A DNA stretch of 64,000 nt from Mizuhopecten yessoensis (GCF_002113885.1 NW_018408726.1:1154613-1218612); one strand, 5' to 3'. Numbered from the stretch's first letter, positions 1-13,190 are shown. Numbers and translations: made by a program. Notes: generated by a model not told the origin, from the letters alone.

Positions 1-215
1 AGAACGTCAACAACTATCTCTGCTGTAACTGATCCTTTGTAATTTATCATAAAGCACGTCAACAACTATCTCTGCTATAACTGATCCTTTGTAATTTTTC
101 ATTTAGCACGTCAACAACTATCTCTGCTGTAACTGATCCTTTGTAATTTATCATTAAGCACGTCAACAACTATCTCTGCTGTAACTGATCCTTTGTAATT
201 TATCATTAAGCACGT
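1..215. repeat. 52-bp tandem repeat, ~4 copies, truncated by window start
   Basis: ACGTCAACAACTATCTCTGCT recurs at 4, 56, 108 and 160. Confidence 0.95.
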
Positions 216-1778
216 ATAGCTATCATTGCTTTGTTTTTGTGCCAAATAAACAATAGCAATAAGGAATTAAAAGTGTCAAAATATAATGATGAATTTTCTC
301 ACTTTAGCATTTTGAATTTTGGTTGTTGTTATTTAACATGAGACTCATGAGACAATTTGTCTTTCAATCGAAAATATTTGGATCTCATTAGATTACACTA
401 TTTGGTATGTGATTGACCTCATATTTTAGCTCACCACTATAAAATTTATCATTGATCACTATATATACTGTACATTTTATACCTGGCGATATTAAAGATA
501 CTCTAATAATACATGAGTCCAATGATAAGAACATAAACAATGGTAGAAATCAGAAATATTAAGCAAACACATGTCAAAATGTAATATCAGGTTTTCGATT
601 TTAACCTTATTCGATACAATATAACATTATAGACTATCATAATTACATTCAAACTATGTGTCATGTTAACAACAATATCTTGTACTGCTTAACAAAATGT
701 ATAGTTACCTGCAATGAGAATTGCAAAGCATGCTGAAGATTTGCCTTTAAGAGACATGCTGCAAGCTTTCATTTCAAATAGATTCATTCTTTTGAAATTT
801 AAAGCACACAAGATGCATCTTCCACCGGACGATTCGACAATGTGCTGTATCGTCTTTGAACAGCCATTAATGCATTACAGTGCTAAAGATTTAATCCACT
901 ATTAGAGCGCAAGAGTTTCGCTGACTACAGAAACCTGAAGCATATTGATTAAAATGTGGTTAAAATGAAAACTAGAATAAACGCTACATGTGACTATATA
1001 TAGTGTCATTATATTGCTTCGCTGAGAATATTTCCTTTTTCTATCTACTTAAAAACACACATATTTTGCAATTTTATATATCTTTATGACCCTATTCAAC
1101 AGTTTTAAGAATGGGAAATATTCTTTATATATAATTCTTAAAGATGGACGTACAGTGTAACACACCCACATGATTGACCTTTAAAAGTTCGTTTTATTAA
1201 TCATAAACTTTTTTTTTGTTTAGACTATAAAGAAATAAACAGACATATATCATTTGTGATTTATTATACTTTAGTTCTGCTTGAAGTAATAGCAGTTTCA
1301 ATAGTGACTGCTGCATTTGTCCTGTAAAATGACGAATGACTTTTCGAATGTTCTGCACGGAAACTATTCACACAACCTAGAAACGTTCCTTTACCATGTC
1401 AATTATTTATAGAATGTATCATTGGTTTTGAAATCATGTGTTCTGCTTATAATGAACGTCAGTCGACACGGTGTTCTCCTTTGGTAGAGCCGTTCTCAAT
1501 TGATACTGCGTTCAAGGCTAATTCAAATCTGAATTATTCAAAAAAATATTGGATATGATGCAGTGGGTAAGTATAAATTACGTTTTCGTTTACTATTGTG
1601 AATATTTCAAGGTAAGCGTTCATGATGAACTGCACTCGCACTTGATTTATTAACAGTAAAAAGGATCTTTTCAATACTGCGGTCTTATTTTCAAGTAATC
1701 AAATACTTGAAATACAAAAGCATTTTTTTCGCAACTAAAGGTTGATGCAAAATGGGTCACAAAATAATGATTATTGCT

Positions 1779-2124
1779 GGGGGGTTTAAATTGCATTTTA
1801 TATAAGGCGACGTATGTTGGTCCACCTGCAGAATCGGAGGTTTACCTCTGCTTTTAGCCAAAATGCTGGACGTTCGCCAAAGTAAGGAAGGCAGTTGGTT
1901 TCGCCCGTTGTCAGTAAAATATAATGAGTGAAGTGGGGTACTGTACATCATTCAAATACCTACTGTATTTAAGTTAGGTAGTACTCGAAAGTTGGCATAA
2001 AGTCTGCGCTATCGCAAAGATGCAAATACATCATACCTCATCCAGCACGCATGCATTCATTACTCACATGGAGGCTCGGCCTAACATGACCATAGCTATT
2101 CATAGGACGCTAACACAAATAAAC
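1779..2124 (+). mobile_element. Degenerate composite SINE copy
   Basis: TAAGGCGAC...CCACCTGCAGAAT head, GCCCGTTGTCAGTA core, ATAGGACGCTAACACAAATAAAC tail; aligns by eye to 54297-54906. Confidence 0.7.
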
Positions 2125-2395
2125 GAAATTGTAACAAATGCAATGTAGTTACACGGATGTATAATCACATAACAGCACTAGTCTTCCTGCATTTATTGCT
2201 TTTTTTGTTTGTTTTTATGTTCGATTTTTTGTCAGATGAATTAGTTTGGAAGAAAAGAATATAATGTTTATAGAATCATTATTTTTTTTTACTATAGATG
2301 TGACGTTTTAGCAGCGACTGATACCTTTGACGAATTATTTACCGATCCTTCAACACTATTCCTACTCACACAACAAGAGTTTCTCTATGTAAGAA

Positions 2396-2800
2396 ACCCG
2401 TGTAGGTTCGGGGAAAGAATAGACCTGTTGTATCCCACGCATGATCGTGAGTGACGACTAGAGTGGGAGCCCTGCAGAATTGGGAGTTTTCATCGGTGTC
2501 TTCTACTAAGAGGACGTTGAAGTAATCAAAATTGACCTGCTGCCCCGTCCCCTGGCTGGGACATACATGTAACAAAGTCATTTAAAATGGTAATTGTTAT
2601 ACCCTGCTTAACGTTCAGCTTTTATGGTAATTGCACAACTGCTTAACCCGTTGTCAGTATACGATGACCGGTTGGAATGTTGTGGTGGATGCCTTCGGCT
2701 TGGTATTTCAGTGAGATTTCACTACAAAGTCGGCATCAGATCCGCACTATAACAAGGAGGCAAATACATCAACATGCACAGTCTCCAGCACACATACACA
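2396..2800 (+). mobile_element. Composite SINE copy (structured head + Meta/Deu-like body), internally deleted, 3' end missing
   Basis: CCCGTGTAGGTTCGGGGAAAGAATAGACCTG head; CTGCAGAATTGGG; TAAAATGGTAATTGTTATACCCTGCTTAACGTTCAGC; TTTCAGTGAGATTTCACTACAAAGTCGGCATC. Confidence 0.85.
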
Positions 2801-3049
2801 AAAGCAGGCATACTTTTTGTTCTTTTTCTCTTGGTACCATCATCATATGTCCCTAGCAGTGACAAACTAATTACCTATGCAAGCAGAACAATTACGCCAA
2901 ATCGCCAACGAGCTGATAAACCTGACTGCTACGATAACGGACCTCCCTACTATGGCTGTCAAGTCGGCTCCCAGCTACCAAGGCCATCGTTCTGTAATTG
3001 TGTGGGATAAGGCTAAATAATAAGGATTACGTAATCAGACGTCATATTT

Positions 3050-3330
3050 TAGGGGTTTAAAGTCTATATGAACAACTAAGGTTATAGGAACATGTTGTCC
3101 TCATATAATTGGTCCACTCAAATGTCATCTCCAGGGCACATTACACTGACAATGGGCTAAGCCATCCTTACTACCACTCCTTTAAAGCTGCATTTCACGT
3201 ACAGATTGGGGAAAACAATACGTATGTTGCATCTCACTGGAAGAGGCGACTTTCCTGGGATCACTGCAGAATTGTGGTTTTGCCTCTATGTTTTCTAATT
3301 AGAGAGCCTTGCAAAAACAAAACTGACCTG
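3050..3330. mobile_element. Two SINE fragments: minus-strand body (~3050-3190) and plus-strand head (~3207-3330)
   Basis: CACATTACACTGACAATGGG is the reverse complement of the core; GGGGAAAACAATAC...AAGAGGCGAC...CTGCAGAATTG is the head. Confidence 0.6.
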
Positions 3331-4479
3331 CTGATAATAATTACAATATACATTGTTATTAAGCACAAATAGTTTCTACTTCAATTAACATAATTCGCCA
3401 AAATCTCTCAAATAATCACAAATTAACTCCCAAGATGTGATCGCGTTGATTCATTGAATATATATCCGTTTGTTTTTAAAATAATTTGACTCTTGTACAA
3501 ACTGTTTTCATTATTGTGAAAGGCAGTTAATAATGATATGCACGTTAAAATCCAGTTTATACTACGAAGAATAATATACGGTAAAATTCGTCAACTTTAA
3601 AGTATGTGTGCATATGATGTTATTTCCCAAAAAGGTGATAATGAGATACACTTGTATTTACTAAGCAGTATCAATAGTGTCTAGTGTGACAGTCACTTAA
3701 CCTACAAAGTACCCGAACACTGGTGCACACAGTCGATCGATAATGTTTAAAAATACCGGACCAGGCAATCCACTTGTAAAACTAACCCCAACATAATCAT
3801 AGGAAAAACTTGGTAGTTATCTTTCTGTTCAAACACACAGGGATTCTGGTGCAATCTAAGGTTGTTTTAAGGCATTGACTCCATTGGAATATTAAGCTGA
3901 GTATTGATTACAACCAATTGTTATTCTATGAAATAATGACTGTCTAATCTGACGATGTATTCTTTTTCAAAATGTTATCACATGTAATGGTGTCTACCGG
4001 GGAAACATGCGTGATTGTTGTTTACTCATGACCAATGTAATCCATTAGTAGACTGGTTACACTCAGTGTATCAAACTTCGGGTGTTTGATTAGAGAGGGA
4101 TTATACGAATTATTTGATGCATTGCAGATGCGGATAATGGCAAATCAATTAATAGAGCATGTTGATTTGATCCTAGTTGTGTTTAAGATAAAACGTACTA
4201 TGACAATAAAGTTCAAAGGAAATGTATTTCTTGCGTGGACTTCCTGATGCATAAGGTTGTTAATTTACTCTTGGATAAGAAACTAACCATGAGACTCTAT
4301 ATAATTCGGTGCCTTTGGGTCTAAAATAACCAACGAAAATACAAAAGAGGAATTGATGCATTAGTATGCATGTTCAACCACGTTAGCTCTTTCCGAGCCA
4401 CGATTCCCATGACTTAAAACAACCGATAGTCAAACGATATTTCTCTTTATGTATAACGCCAGTTTTAATTGAGTTATAC

Positions 4480-5058
4480 GTTTGGTTTGGTTTGGTTTGG
4501 TTTTATTTTGTTTTACGTCCTATTAACAACTAAGGTCATTTAAGAACGTGCCTCCATGTGTGTTGTGTAAGTGTGCAAGTCTGTATGTATGCTGGAGACA
4601 GGGTATGTTGGTGTTCTTGCCTTCTTGTAATAGCGCGGATCTGATCCCGACTTTGTAGTGCTTTCTCACTGAAACACCATGCCGAAGGCACCCAGCACAG
4701 CATCCCGCCCGGTCACATTATACTGACAACGGGTGAACCAGTTAAGCAGGGAATAACCACTACTTTGTTTAAGGACTTTGTTATGTCCCGGCCTGTGGAC
4801 AGAATCCATTGACTTCCTCATCGTGGCGAACGTTCAACATTAAGCCAGAAGTGAGGTATTGCCAAGCTAGGCCCTAGGAAATTTAAGGTTGTTAGAAGAA
4901 GAAAGAAAGATAAAGATCACAAAAGTTGCAATAGTTGCAACAGATTTATTTTGGTCGCTTTTGTGTCCCAAATTAGAGGGCGCAAAAGCAAATCCCAAAT
5001 ACTGCAGGAGGTTCGAACATTAGTCTCCTCTTATGTTACATGACGTGGGTAACAGCAG
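4480..5058 (-). mobile_element. Near full-length composite SINE
   Basis: (GGTTT)n tail at 4480; reverse complement aligns along 54336-54906, including the head TTACCCA...TAAGAGGAGACTAATGTT...CCTGCAG; possible 7-bp TSD AGTTATA (4472/5057). Confidence 0.9.
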
Positions 5059-5799
5059 TTATAAACAACGGCACTTAACGGGACTATTAGGTCAAACAAC
5101 ACAATTAAGATCAATTATATACTAGATCTCCTTAAAAAAAGTCTATGTAGTTGATAATGACATGACCTGAAACCAACGTGCGCTGAGGTCAGTTTTATCT
5201 TTGGGAAGGCCGGTGATAAAAAAAAAGCTACCACCGAAATATCGCAATAGCCGTGCCTTTCAGCGAGATGTAAACATTGTACAGCACCACGCTGTCTACC
5301 GACAGTGAATCTGATTTCCCACATAGCAAATACATCACAAGCAAGAATTATAAGTATCATAATATGTAAATCTAATGAGATATTTCTATTCACAGTTGTA
5401 TTTCATTAAACAGAAACAGGTTTGAATGCAGTATACATGCATGAACAATGGTATCAGATGAACAATGGTATCAAAGTACGATATGAAAAGGTTAAATTTA
5501 AAGTATATCACTCGTTTATAACGACTGTTGAAATGCTGTTTGGATAATGTTATTGATTCTGAACAAATGTCGGTACTTGTATTCTGAAGAAATTCGGTGA
5601 ACAAAGCGAGAAGTTACCTTCTTTCCACGACTGGAAAGACACATTCCATCGACAGTTACCACTTAAACGTAGGATTGCACAGTTACGGATTTCTTCATTA
5701 ATGAACAGGAACGCCAAGGAAACATTGTCTCTCGTCAATTTCTCGACATGTATTGTTCAAAAGGAGTATCAAACTACATTTTTATGAAGAATCTTGTAA

Positions 5800-5968
5800 C
5801 TAGATTATTTTGAAGTTTAACGTCCTTTAACAGCTATGGTTATTTAAGGACATACATCCAAGTGTGTATGTGTGCTGGTATGTTTTCGTATTTGCTTTCT
5901 TGTGTAGGCGTAGATCCTATGTCGACTGTTGGGTGCCACCTAAATGAAATACCTTGCCGAAGGCACCC
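5800..5968 (-). mobile_element. SINE 3' fragment
   Basis: TTTAACGTCCTTTAACAGCTATGGTTATTTAAGGAC tail and TGCCGAAGGCACCCA core. Confidence 0.75.
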
Positions 5969-6295
5969 ATAATAGAATTCCACATTGTCTCTTTAATTTA
6001 TAATTTTTCACGAAATGTAATTTCTTGCATTGATTTAAAGATACAATTACACACAATCCTTCTCATCAAACTACAATGTCATGTGACACAATGGCACATC
6101 GGCAAATCCCTGGTATCAAAGCTGTTGGTGCTGAATTTATATTCGTATGGTCCCTTCCTATGTAATGCGGTTGTACTAATTAAGTAAAGCTATTAGACTA
6201 ATCGAAGAGCAGTAAATATTTATGTTTATGGCTTATGCATCAGGAGATTAAATTTGAAAAATCTGACCCTTTACTTCGTATTCATAGTTACTATT

Positions 6296-6578
6296 TGAAA
6301 AATGGTAGTTTCTACTCCTGCTTAACGCTCAGCAAATTAGGAGTGGGACGACCGGGTGGGATGTCCTGCTGGGTGTCTTCGGCAGTATGTTTCAGTGAGG
6401 TAGCACTATAAAGTCGGCATCAGTTCCGCGCTATCACAAGGAGACAAACACGAACATATCGCAGCCTCCCAAAATTCACACACATACACTACACGCATGT
6501 ATCTTGCACACAGGGGAGGCCGTCCTTAAACGACCTTACTTGTTAATAGGACGTTAAACAAAATAACACCAAACCAAA
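6296..6578 (+). mobile_element. 5'-truncated Meta/Deu-like SINE
   Basis: AAAAATGGTAGTTTCTACTCCTGCTTAACGCTCAGCA, GACCGGGTGGGATGTC...TTCAGTGAGGTAGCACTATAAAGTCGGCATC, tail ...TAATAGGACGTTAAACAAAATAACACCAAACCAAA. Confidence 0.9.
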
Positions 6579-6634
6579 GCATTGCGTTGCATAACTCGAC
6601 TAATAAAGTTGCAATATTTTACTTTAATGTAATG

Positions 6635-6830
6635 TGACAGAGTAGAATGATATGGCAGGCGCCTTCAGCTTGGTATTTCAGAAAGGGAGCATCTAAATTC
6701 GGCATTAGTTCTGCGATATCACGAGTAAGCAAATACACAAACTTTACACCTCCTTGAAAATCATATAAATGACTAACATGTACTTAAATGACCTTGGCTG
6801 TTAATAGACGCTTATCTCATCCAATCAAAC
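6635..6830 (+). mobile_element. Older degenerate SINE fragment
   Basis: GGTATTTCAG...TCGGCATTAGTTCTGCGATATCAC...CTTAAATGACCTTGGCTGTTAATAGACG. Confidence 0.7.
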
Positions 6831-9800
6831 GGTTTAATATTAGAACAACAGTTCTCCCACAGCATATTTAAAACCGCTCGAAATACACCAACGCAGCATA
6901 TTTAAATTCTCCAGAAACATTGTAGCACAGACTATCTCAAACCGTCAAACATATACCAAAGCAAATCCAGATTCCTAAAAATCGATGAGGTAAAAGCACA
7001 GGAAATGGGAAAATAACAACTGAAACATACAATGAATACTTTGAACGAGAATGTGTTTTTTTCACAATTCCTAGCTCCCTGTATGATATTTCCCGTCAGA
7101 TCAAATGTAAGTCACCCAGTATCCAGGAAATAACGAACTAGCCTTTTGTTATATTAGAGACATATATCGCATAGTCGGAAAGCACGACATGACAAGGTCT
7201 TTAAAATCTCTTTAACTTGAATCATCATTTGTCGTTCTAGAGAACCCGTCTGTTAAGAATAAACATACATAAAACATAATCTGGATACAAAATCCTTTGT
7301 GACATGTTGTCCCCATGTGTAAGAAGGTTTTTTTTATATTTGGGATGAGCATCAATAGATTAAAATGTGAAATTGAATCTCTATTCATCACCCCTGGTAG
7401 AAGCACGCTCCATAAAAATATAGTCTGTTGAAAATATTTTTCAATAAAATTCAACAAACATGTTGTTAAGCAAAAATTAATCGTGCAGACAATTTCATTT
7501 TCTTTGGGAGTTTGTTCTTGCTAGCTGTGTGCCGCTTTTTACAGGGTCTCATCTATATCAGTAATAATATATTTGCAATGTATGTTTACGACTATTAACA
7601 TTTCTGCAGCTCGCAGGCGTAATTTGTTGTAACCATAAGGAATGTTTCAATGCAATACTGTATGGGGAAGTTGAAGTTTTAACAGAAATTATATTTGACA
7701 TCGATTGAAATTGCAAACTTTCCAGCAGTCCTTGTCGTTTTTTAAACATCGACAGGTGAATAATGCCTCTATATGTACAATCAATATCCTCATGCATAGG
7801 AAGTCCTACTTTTACTTTGCATGTTCGAACAATCCTGCAATAAACCTGTTTTTGCGAAGTCTCTCATTAAATCTAAGGTTTCCAACTCCATGAATGAAAC
7901 GTGGGCAGATCATTGGTTAATATGTCGATAAGGTATCAGAAATGTCCATTATATTGAAAAAAACTAATAGTTAACAAATATTAATTGGCAAAAGGTCCAA
8001 AAGACTGAAATAGTTGTCCCGATGTACTGGATACAACTAAGAGTACTATTACACAATATCGTTCTGGTCGACGGACAAATAGGTTAGCCTTTTGTACAAA
8101 TATCCAGTAAATAACCGTTTTATTAAGAAAACAAATAAATAAGAAGACAACTAATTGTTAGAACTGAAGATGTATAAAGAAGAAAACAAATCATGATAAT
8201 GGTTATTTACGACAGACGTGTCTGGAGATACAATGTTGAGACTTGACGTTGCAATAGAACGTGGTGTGGCCTCTACTGGGATATGTTATCGGTCTTTTAC
8301 CTGATAAAACCCTCTTAACCAGACGCAAAGGTAGTAATTGTGTTACAAAGCCAACAGCTAAATAAAGAGACATTACAATTAATACATCTGCTTTGAAATG
8401 ATATCCACTGTAATTAATCAGTGTTTACTCAAAATTTATATAATTAATTTCTGAAACAGCATAACTAATTGGCACGTGTCATTGTAAGTTATTCCATGCA
8501 ACTGAACTTCACACTTCGTAGTAATTAGTGGGGTTTTTTTCTTCTTAATTATACACTGTTAGATATTGTTTTAAAGCATTCCCCTGATGCCGGAATGCTT
8601 TGATACATCCTTCATAACTGAAAAAATCAATGGCTTCATCGTATTTTATGAACTGATTAGCAGTTGTTTTATATTTTCTCTTAAACATAAGGGTTTAAGT
8701 ATATATATCAGGATATGGAGTTCTTTCAGTTCAGTGATTAGTTTAGTTGTTTTCCTTGTACGCTCTTTTCATGCTCTTTAAAAAAAATAATTCAAGAGCA
8801 ACACACTTATCAGTTAATACTCCAAGGATGTGTCACCAAGGTGTTGCGTAAAATCCAGTACTCCTTCCTGCGAACAACTTCCTTTGATTTAGTCTCAACC
8901 ATTGTTCCATACTTTGACGAATTTTCTAAAAAGGAAACGATCAGCGTTATTCTTAATGATATTTTGAGTCATCTTCGAATGAAAATGCTTCGTATTTCAA
9001 GGTATCTGGTAAGTCAATTATGTAGATGACCAATAATCTGTCGCCTATAAAAGACCCATGATACACTTTGGAGAAGTTGCCTTTGACAACGACGCTCTGT
9101 GTCCTATTTTTAAAAGTCCTCTTCCCATTTAGTAGTTGTATGGTGTAATTCAAGTCTTTCAATCTTATATTTTTTATCTTAAATAGAACTATGGTTAATG
9201 AGCAAGCAACATCTAGTCTTAAACATGCTGAATTAATTTCATCTATAATTTCATTTGAACCCGGTGCAATTAATATATATGGTCAATTCTGTATGTATAT
9301 CAATCAAAAGTGTAACGCCTGATATTCTCGCTTCTTTTCACGTTCACTTTATGGTCAACGGTATCATCCATAAGATTTTGACTTTCAAATTGAAGGACAG
9401 TGCTTCTTGACATTTGTGGCCTTTTTCAAGAAATCTTGAAGTGTGTAGGTATAAGCATTAATGAGGTCAGCGATATTGACTTGATCGATATAACTATAAC
9501 AGCAAATAGGTCGACGCCATAATACTCCATCAGTGCATGTAGTGGCCTTAAAATACTTTGACAACGTTATCTACTAAAACCACAACTTCAATCAGACATG
9601 TTTGTTTGTTTGTGAGTAGTTAATGTTCATGCAATAGGAAAGGTAACCATCAACTAACTGGTCTGAAGGAATTGATACTGAATGTCAACATCAACATAAC
9701 GGAAGTGCTTGTCATTGGATTCATCTGTTTGAAATGGCGGAAAAAATGCATTGCCTTTCGGTTACTAGTATAGTTTATATATCTATAGCTGACTTGCCCA

Positions 9801-10376
9801 GTTGAAAAGATTATCCTTTAGTTTCACTTTAATCTAAATGTTTGTTTTAAACTTAAAATCTCGATATAACAAGGTCATGTTTTTGGTGTAGTTTTTTTTG
9901 TCTTGCCAGCAGAATTATTTTATTTAATCATACGTACCGTGCAATATTTTCACTGAATAACATTACGGTATTCTAGAAAGAATCAGTTGTATCCAACGTT
10001 TAGTTGATGACGTCATTATAATGATGACGTAAGCCGAACTGAATGTGCATATGGCTTTCCATATAAGTCAATATTGTCGCTTCATTTTTAGAAATTCTGC
10101 TATGTTAATGATTATTTGTCGAAAATAATGGCGAGTTATTTCCCTTTTAAATGAATACTCTTATAAAACTACTTGAATATAATGTCTAAATGTGCGTGTT
10201 TATCTTAATTTATTTCTAAATGTGCAAGAAAATACATAATTTTTTGGACAGATGTTTTAGTCCAGGACTCGGTTGAATTCAACCAGGTTTTATGATCCAA
10301 CAATGTCTCTTCGGAATGACACATAGACATTTTGAAAACAATCTTTAGGGCTCGACAAACAAATAATCCTGATATA

Positions 10377-10502
10377 CGGTCAGGCGTCATTAGATTTAGT
10401 TAGTAGTTAAGATTAAAAATTACTGCATATAAAGTACACAAAGTAGTATGTCTTTCAGTATGTTATTGTATTTTTTCTAATTATTTCATTTTTAGTATTG
10501 TA
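10377..10502 (+). repeat. Dispersed direct repeat, copy 1 (copy 2 at 15547-15724)
   Basis: CAGGCGTCATTAGATTTAGTT is identical at 10381 and 15551, followed by collinear gapped similarity. Confidence 0.85.
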
Positions 10503-11605
10503 TATTTCAAAAAGAAAAGATGGTATGCGCCAAAGTATGGTATCCTTCTTTAAGACCGACATTGTAAAATACGATACATACTAGCACTACGCTGGTATTG
10601 GTTTTTATTCGCTTTTTTACATTCAGGAAACGTGGCTTTAAACTTTAAAATGTCTTGCAATCACATTTTCACTATATTTTGATATTCATACGGATTGGTC
10701 ATATTTCCAGAAAACTGCTCTTAAATTTTACAGGTGTAATTATCGAAAACATTCATATAAAACGGAATATTTCAAGCAACACCAGATACATATCCTTTTA
10801 ATAAAGTTATAGTAAGTCCAAAACTGTAAATTTCTTGAATTTACCTTAAATTATTTCTTTATTCATTATTGCACATTAATAAGTGTTAAAGGTATACAAC
10901 CGTTTCAGCACTTAAGATGTCTATCAATTCTTCCTCCAACTTTGCTACTTTTTAGAAAGATCTCTAGGCACCTGTCTCCATGACGCTTAACCCGGGACAA
11001 CAAAATCGATTACACTGCAACAGTATTATCGATGAAATGATAAGATTATATGGGAGAATTAAGATAACACATGTTTGTTTAATATACAATTTCAAATTTG
11101 TGGCAATTTAAAGTGGATTCATTTTTCTCCGGAAGTATAGCCTCATAATGATCAAACTTTTTGTGTCATTTCCCGGAAAATATGTCATAACGGTTATCAT
11201 TTCCTCATTGCAAAATGACAAAGACATTTGTGTTTAGCTATTTATTTTTTATACATTCTAACTACGTCTAAAACACAGATCAAATATATAAAGTTTGTTC
11301 TAAACAGGTTTTTTTAAGATTGATATAATCTTCATAACTTAAGTGTTCACCACCACAGAATGTACATAACTGTATCAGGTACATCATTAACTCATTGACT
11401 AATCTCATCTTGCTGCTCCAGTCGTATATGGCACTCAAATATTCTATCCAGAAACACATACACACCGTTATGTCTTCCATTAATATTCTAATCCAAATCA
11501 CCAGTTTAAGTGAGGAACACCAGAGATAAAAAGTCTTCACGTTGAAATTGTATCGGATTTCCAGGCTAAAAGAGTGATTGTTTTTATTGTCGTTCTTGAC
11601 TGGCT

Positions 11606-11908
11606 TCAAACCGGAGAAGGGGTATGTATTTGACACCATACCTCACACTCCGTGAACTCGGCACGGCATTCCATTTCACAGGGTAGTAAAAGCAGCCTCT
11701 CTTGCACTTCTTTCCGACATTTAGTCATACAGGAAGTAAGTTCAACCCTGCAGTCAACACAACACGCCACGATGCGTACATTACGATTCAGTACGTTGTC
11801 ATCATTCACGTCGTCACATTGCGGTTTATTGCTCGCTAGAACGCCTGCATTACACCACACACAGATGAGAAGCACGGCCAGAACGTAGTTCTTATTCGTT
11901 CTTGAAAC
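11606..11908 (-). CDS. Coding exon of a secreted cysteine-rich prepro-peptide (helical-hairpin toxin/defence-peptide-like)
   Basis: Acceptor TTTTGTTTCAG at 11909; hydrophobic signal NKNYVLAVLLICVWCNAGVLA; acidic pro-region ending RNVR; 55-aa mature part with CCX2CX6CX3C-X12-CX3CX6CX3C; TGA at 11606-11608; AATAAA ~18 nt downstream. The ORF-track start at 11941 is in the intron. Confidence 0.85.
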   Translation of the reverse strand, partial: VSRTNKNYVLAVLLICVWCNAGVLASNKPQCDDVNDDNVLNRNVRIVACCVDCRVELTSCMTKCRKEVQERLLLLPCEMECRAEFTECEVWCQIHTPSPV

Positions 11909-12082
11909 CTGAAACAAAAATATAATATTTACTATAGACATATACTATAATAGACACTCTTTATTGAGGATAAACACATGTTTAGCCATGTACCAATCTT
12001 CCGCATGATCCTCAAATAAATATATGTCCTACATATACCAGAAAAACACAACATACCACCACAGCTAGAACAAGCTTCTTGT

Positions 12083-12540
12083 TCAATTTCAATTTCAATA
12101 AATTTTATTGTCAAAGGACAAATGGATTGGGTAGCAGGCACAGCCTATTTAAGCCCTTTCCAAACATAGTAACAGACAGTGGTACAAGCATAGACATAGA
12201 ACACATACAAACACATATAAACAAGTTGGTATTATCAAATTAATAATCAAATTAGGGGAAACAACTACTAATACTCATTTTTATTATAATTGAATCTAAT
12301 GGTTTGAATTCTAACCTTTTATTTTGATATTGAAAAGACATAAAAAATATATACCGGTATATACATATTATGAAGAGAAAAGAAAAATANTAAAATAATA
12401 TAAAAAGCTTCTTGTTCATCACTGTAACAAGAAATAAACGTTCGTTTTGTACTATATTAGACAATAAATTAATATCTGATGTGAAAGACTCTATATCAAT
12501 ATGAATACAGGTATTCTGGAGATGGCTCAGAGGTTCATTA
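12083..12540 (-). mobile_element. LINE 3' end (CR1-group-like) with (TTGAAA)n tail, interrupted by N at 12390
   Basis: Reverse complement ends GGGCTTAAATAGGCTGTGCCTGCTACCCAATCC...AATAAAATTTATTGAAATTGAAATTGAA. Confidence 0.55.
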
Positions 12541-12739
12541 AAGATACTAGACGCTTTTACTAGATTACACGTTTATATATATATCAATTAATTTGCACAT
12601 GACTTTGCTGTTTGGAATGATACCAGCACAGTGTGATCTAGTTTCTGTATCAAAAATCGTCAAAAAAGAAAATAACATGCAATTAGCTATTTATATATAA
12701 TACATACACATGTTTTGGCTTTGATACAATATGATGTGT

Positions 12740-12840
12740 GTAACGGTTTATTACTGTAAGGAGAGGGCGCTCATAGGCTTTGTTTGTTGCCCAACTCCTT
12801 TGTATCTAAGATCTGAACAATAAATATTCCAAAATGAAAG
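12740..12840 (+). mobile_element. LINE 3'-UTR tip (CR1-group-like)
   Basis: TAAGGAGAGGGCGCTCATAGGC...GCCCAACTCCTTTG...AATAAA resembles the LINE tails at 12083 and 29190. Confidence 0.45.
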
Positions 12841-13070
12841 GAAACAATATAGCGAAGAGTAACACAGGATGCATAACAAAATAAAGACAAACAATGCAAT
12901 GCCATAGATTCAGAATTCAGAATTATATAGATTTGTATGTATTAAAGGATTCCCTTGTATTGTCGTTTCGGGAAGACGTATTGAAATATTGTTTTGAAAA
13001 ATGATATTCAATTGAACATCTGACTAGTTTATGTGAGGGAAGCATTGAAATTGCAAACGAACCAACAAAC

Positions 13071-13190
13071 CTCGCACCCAATGAACTAATTATAATTCTA
13101 AATATCTTCTCTCAATGAGGCCTGATGATAATCCGTTGACAATGACTTGCCGTATTCATATCACCATGAAAATAATCCAGCTTATTTATA
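13071..13190 (-). promoter_or_regulatory. Candidate TATA box and non-coding first exon for the peptide gene
   Basis: TATAAATA at 13190-13183; possible donor GAG|GTTTGT at 13071/13070; linkage crosses the N at 12390. Confidence 0.25.

Noticed and set aside
11909-11941. ORF-track N-terminus MSIVNIIFLFQ of the peptide
   Set aside because: Corresponds to an intronic pyrimidine tract and AG acceptor, so it is probably not translated
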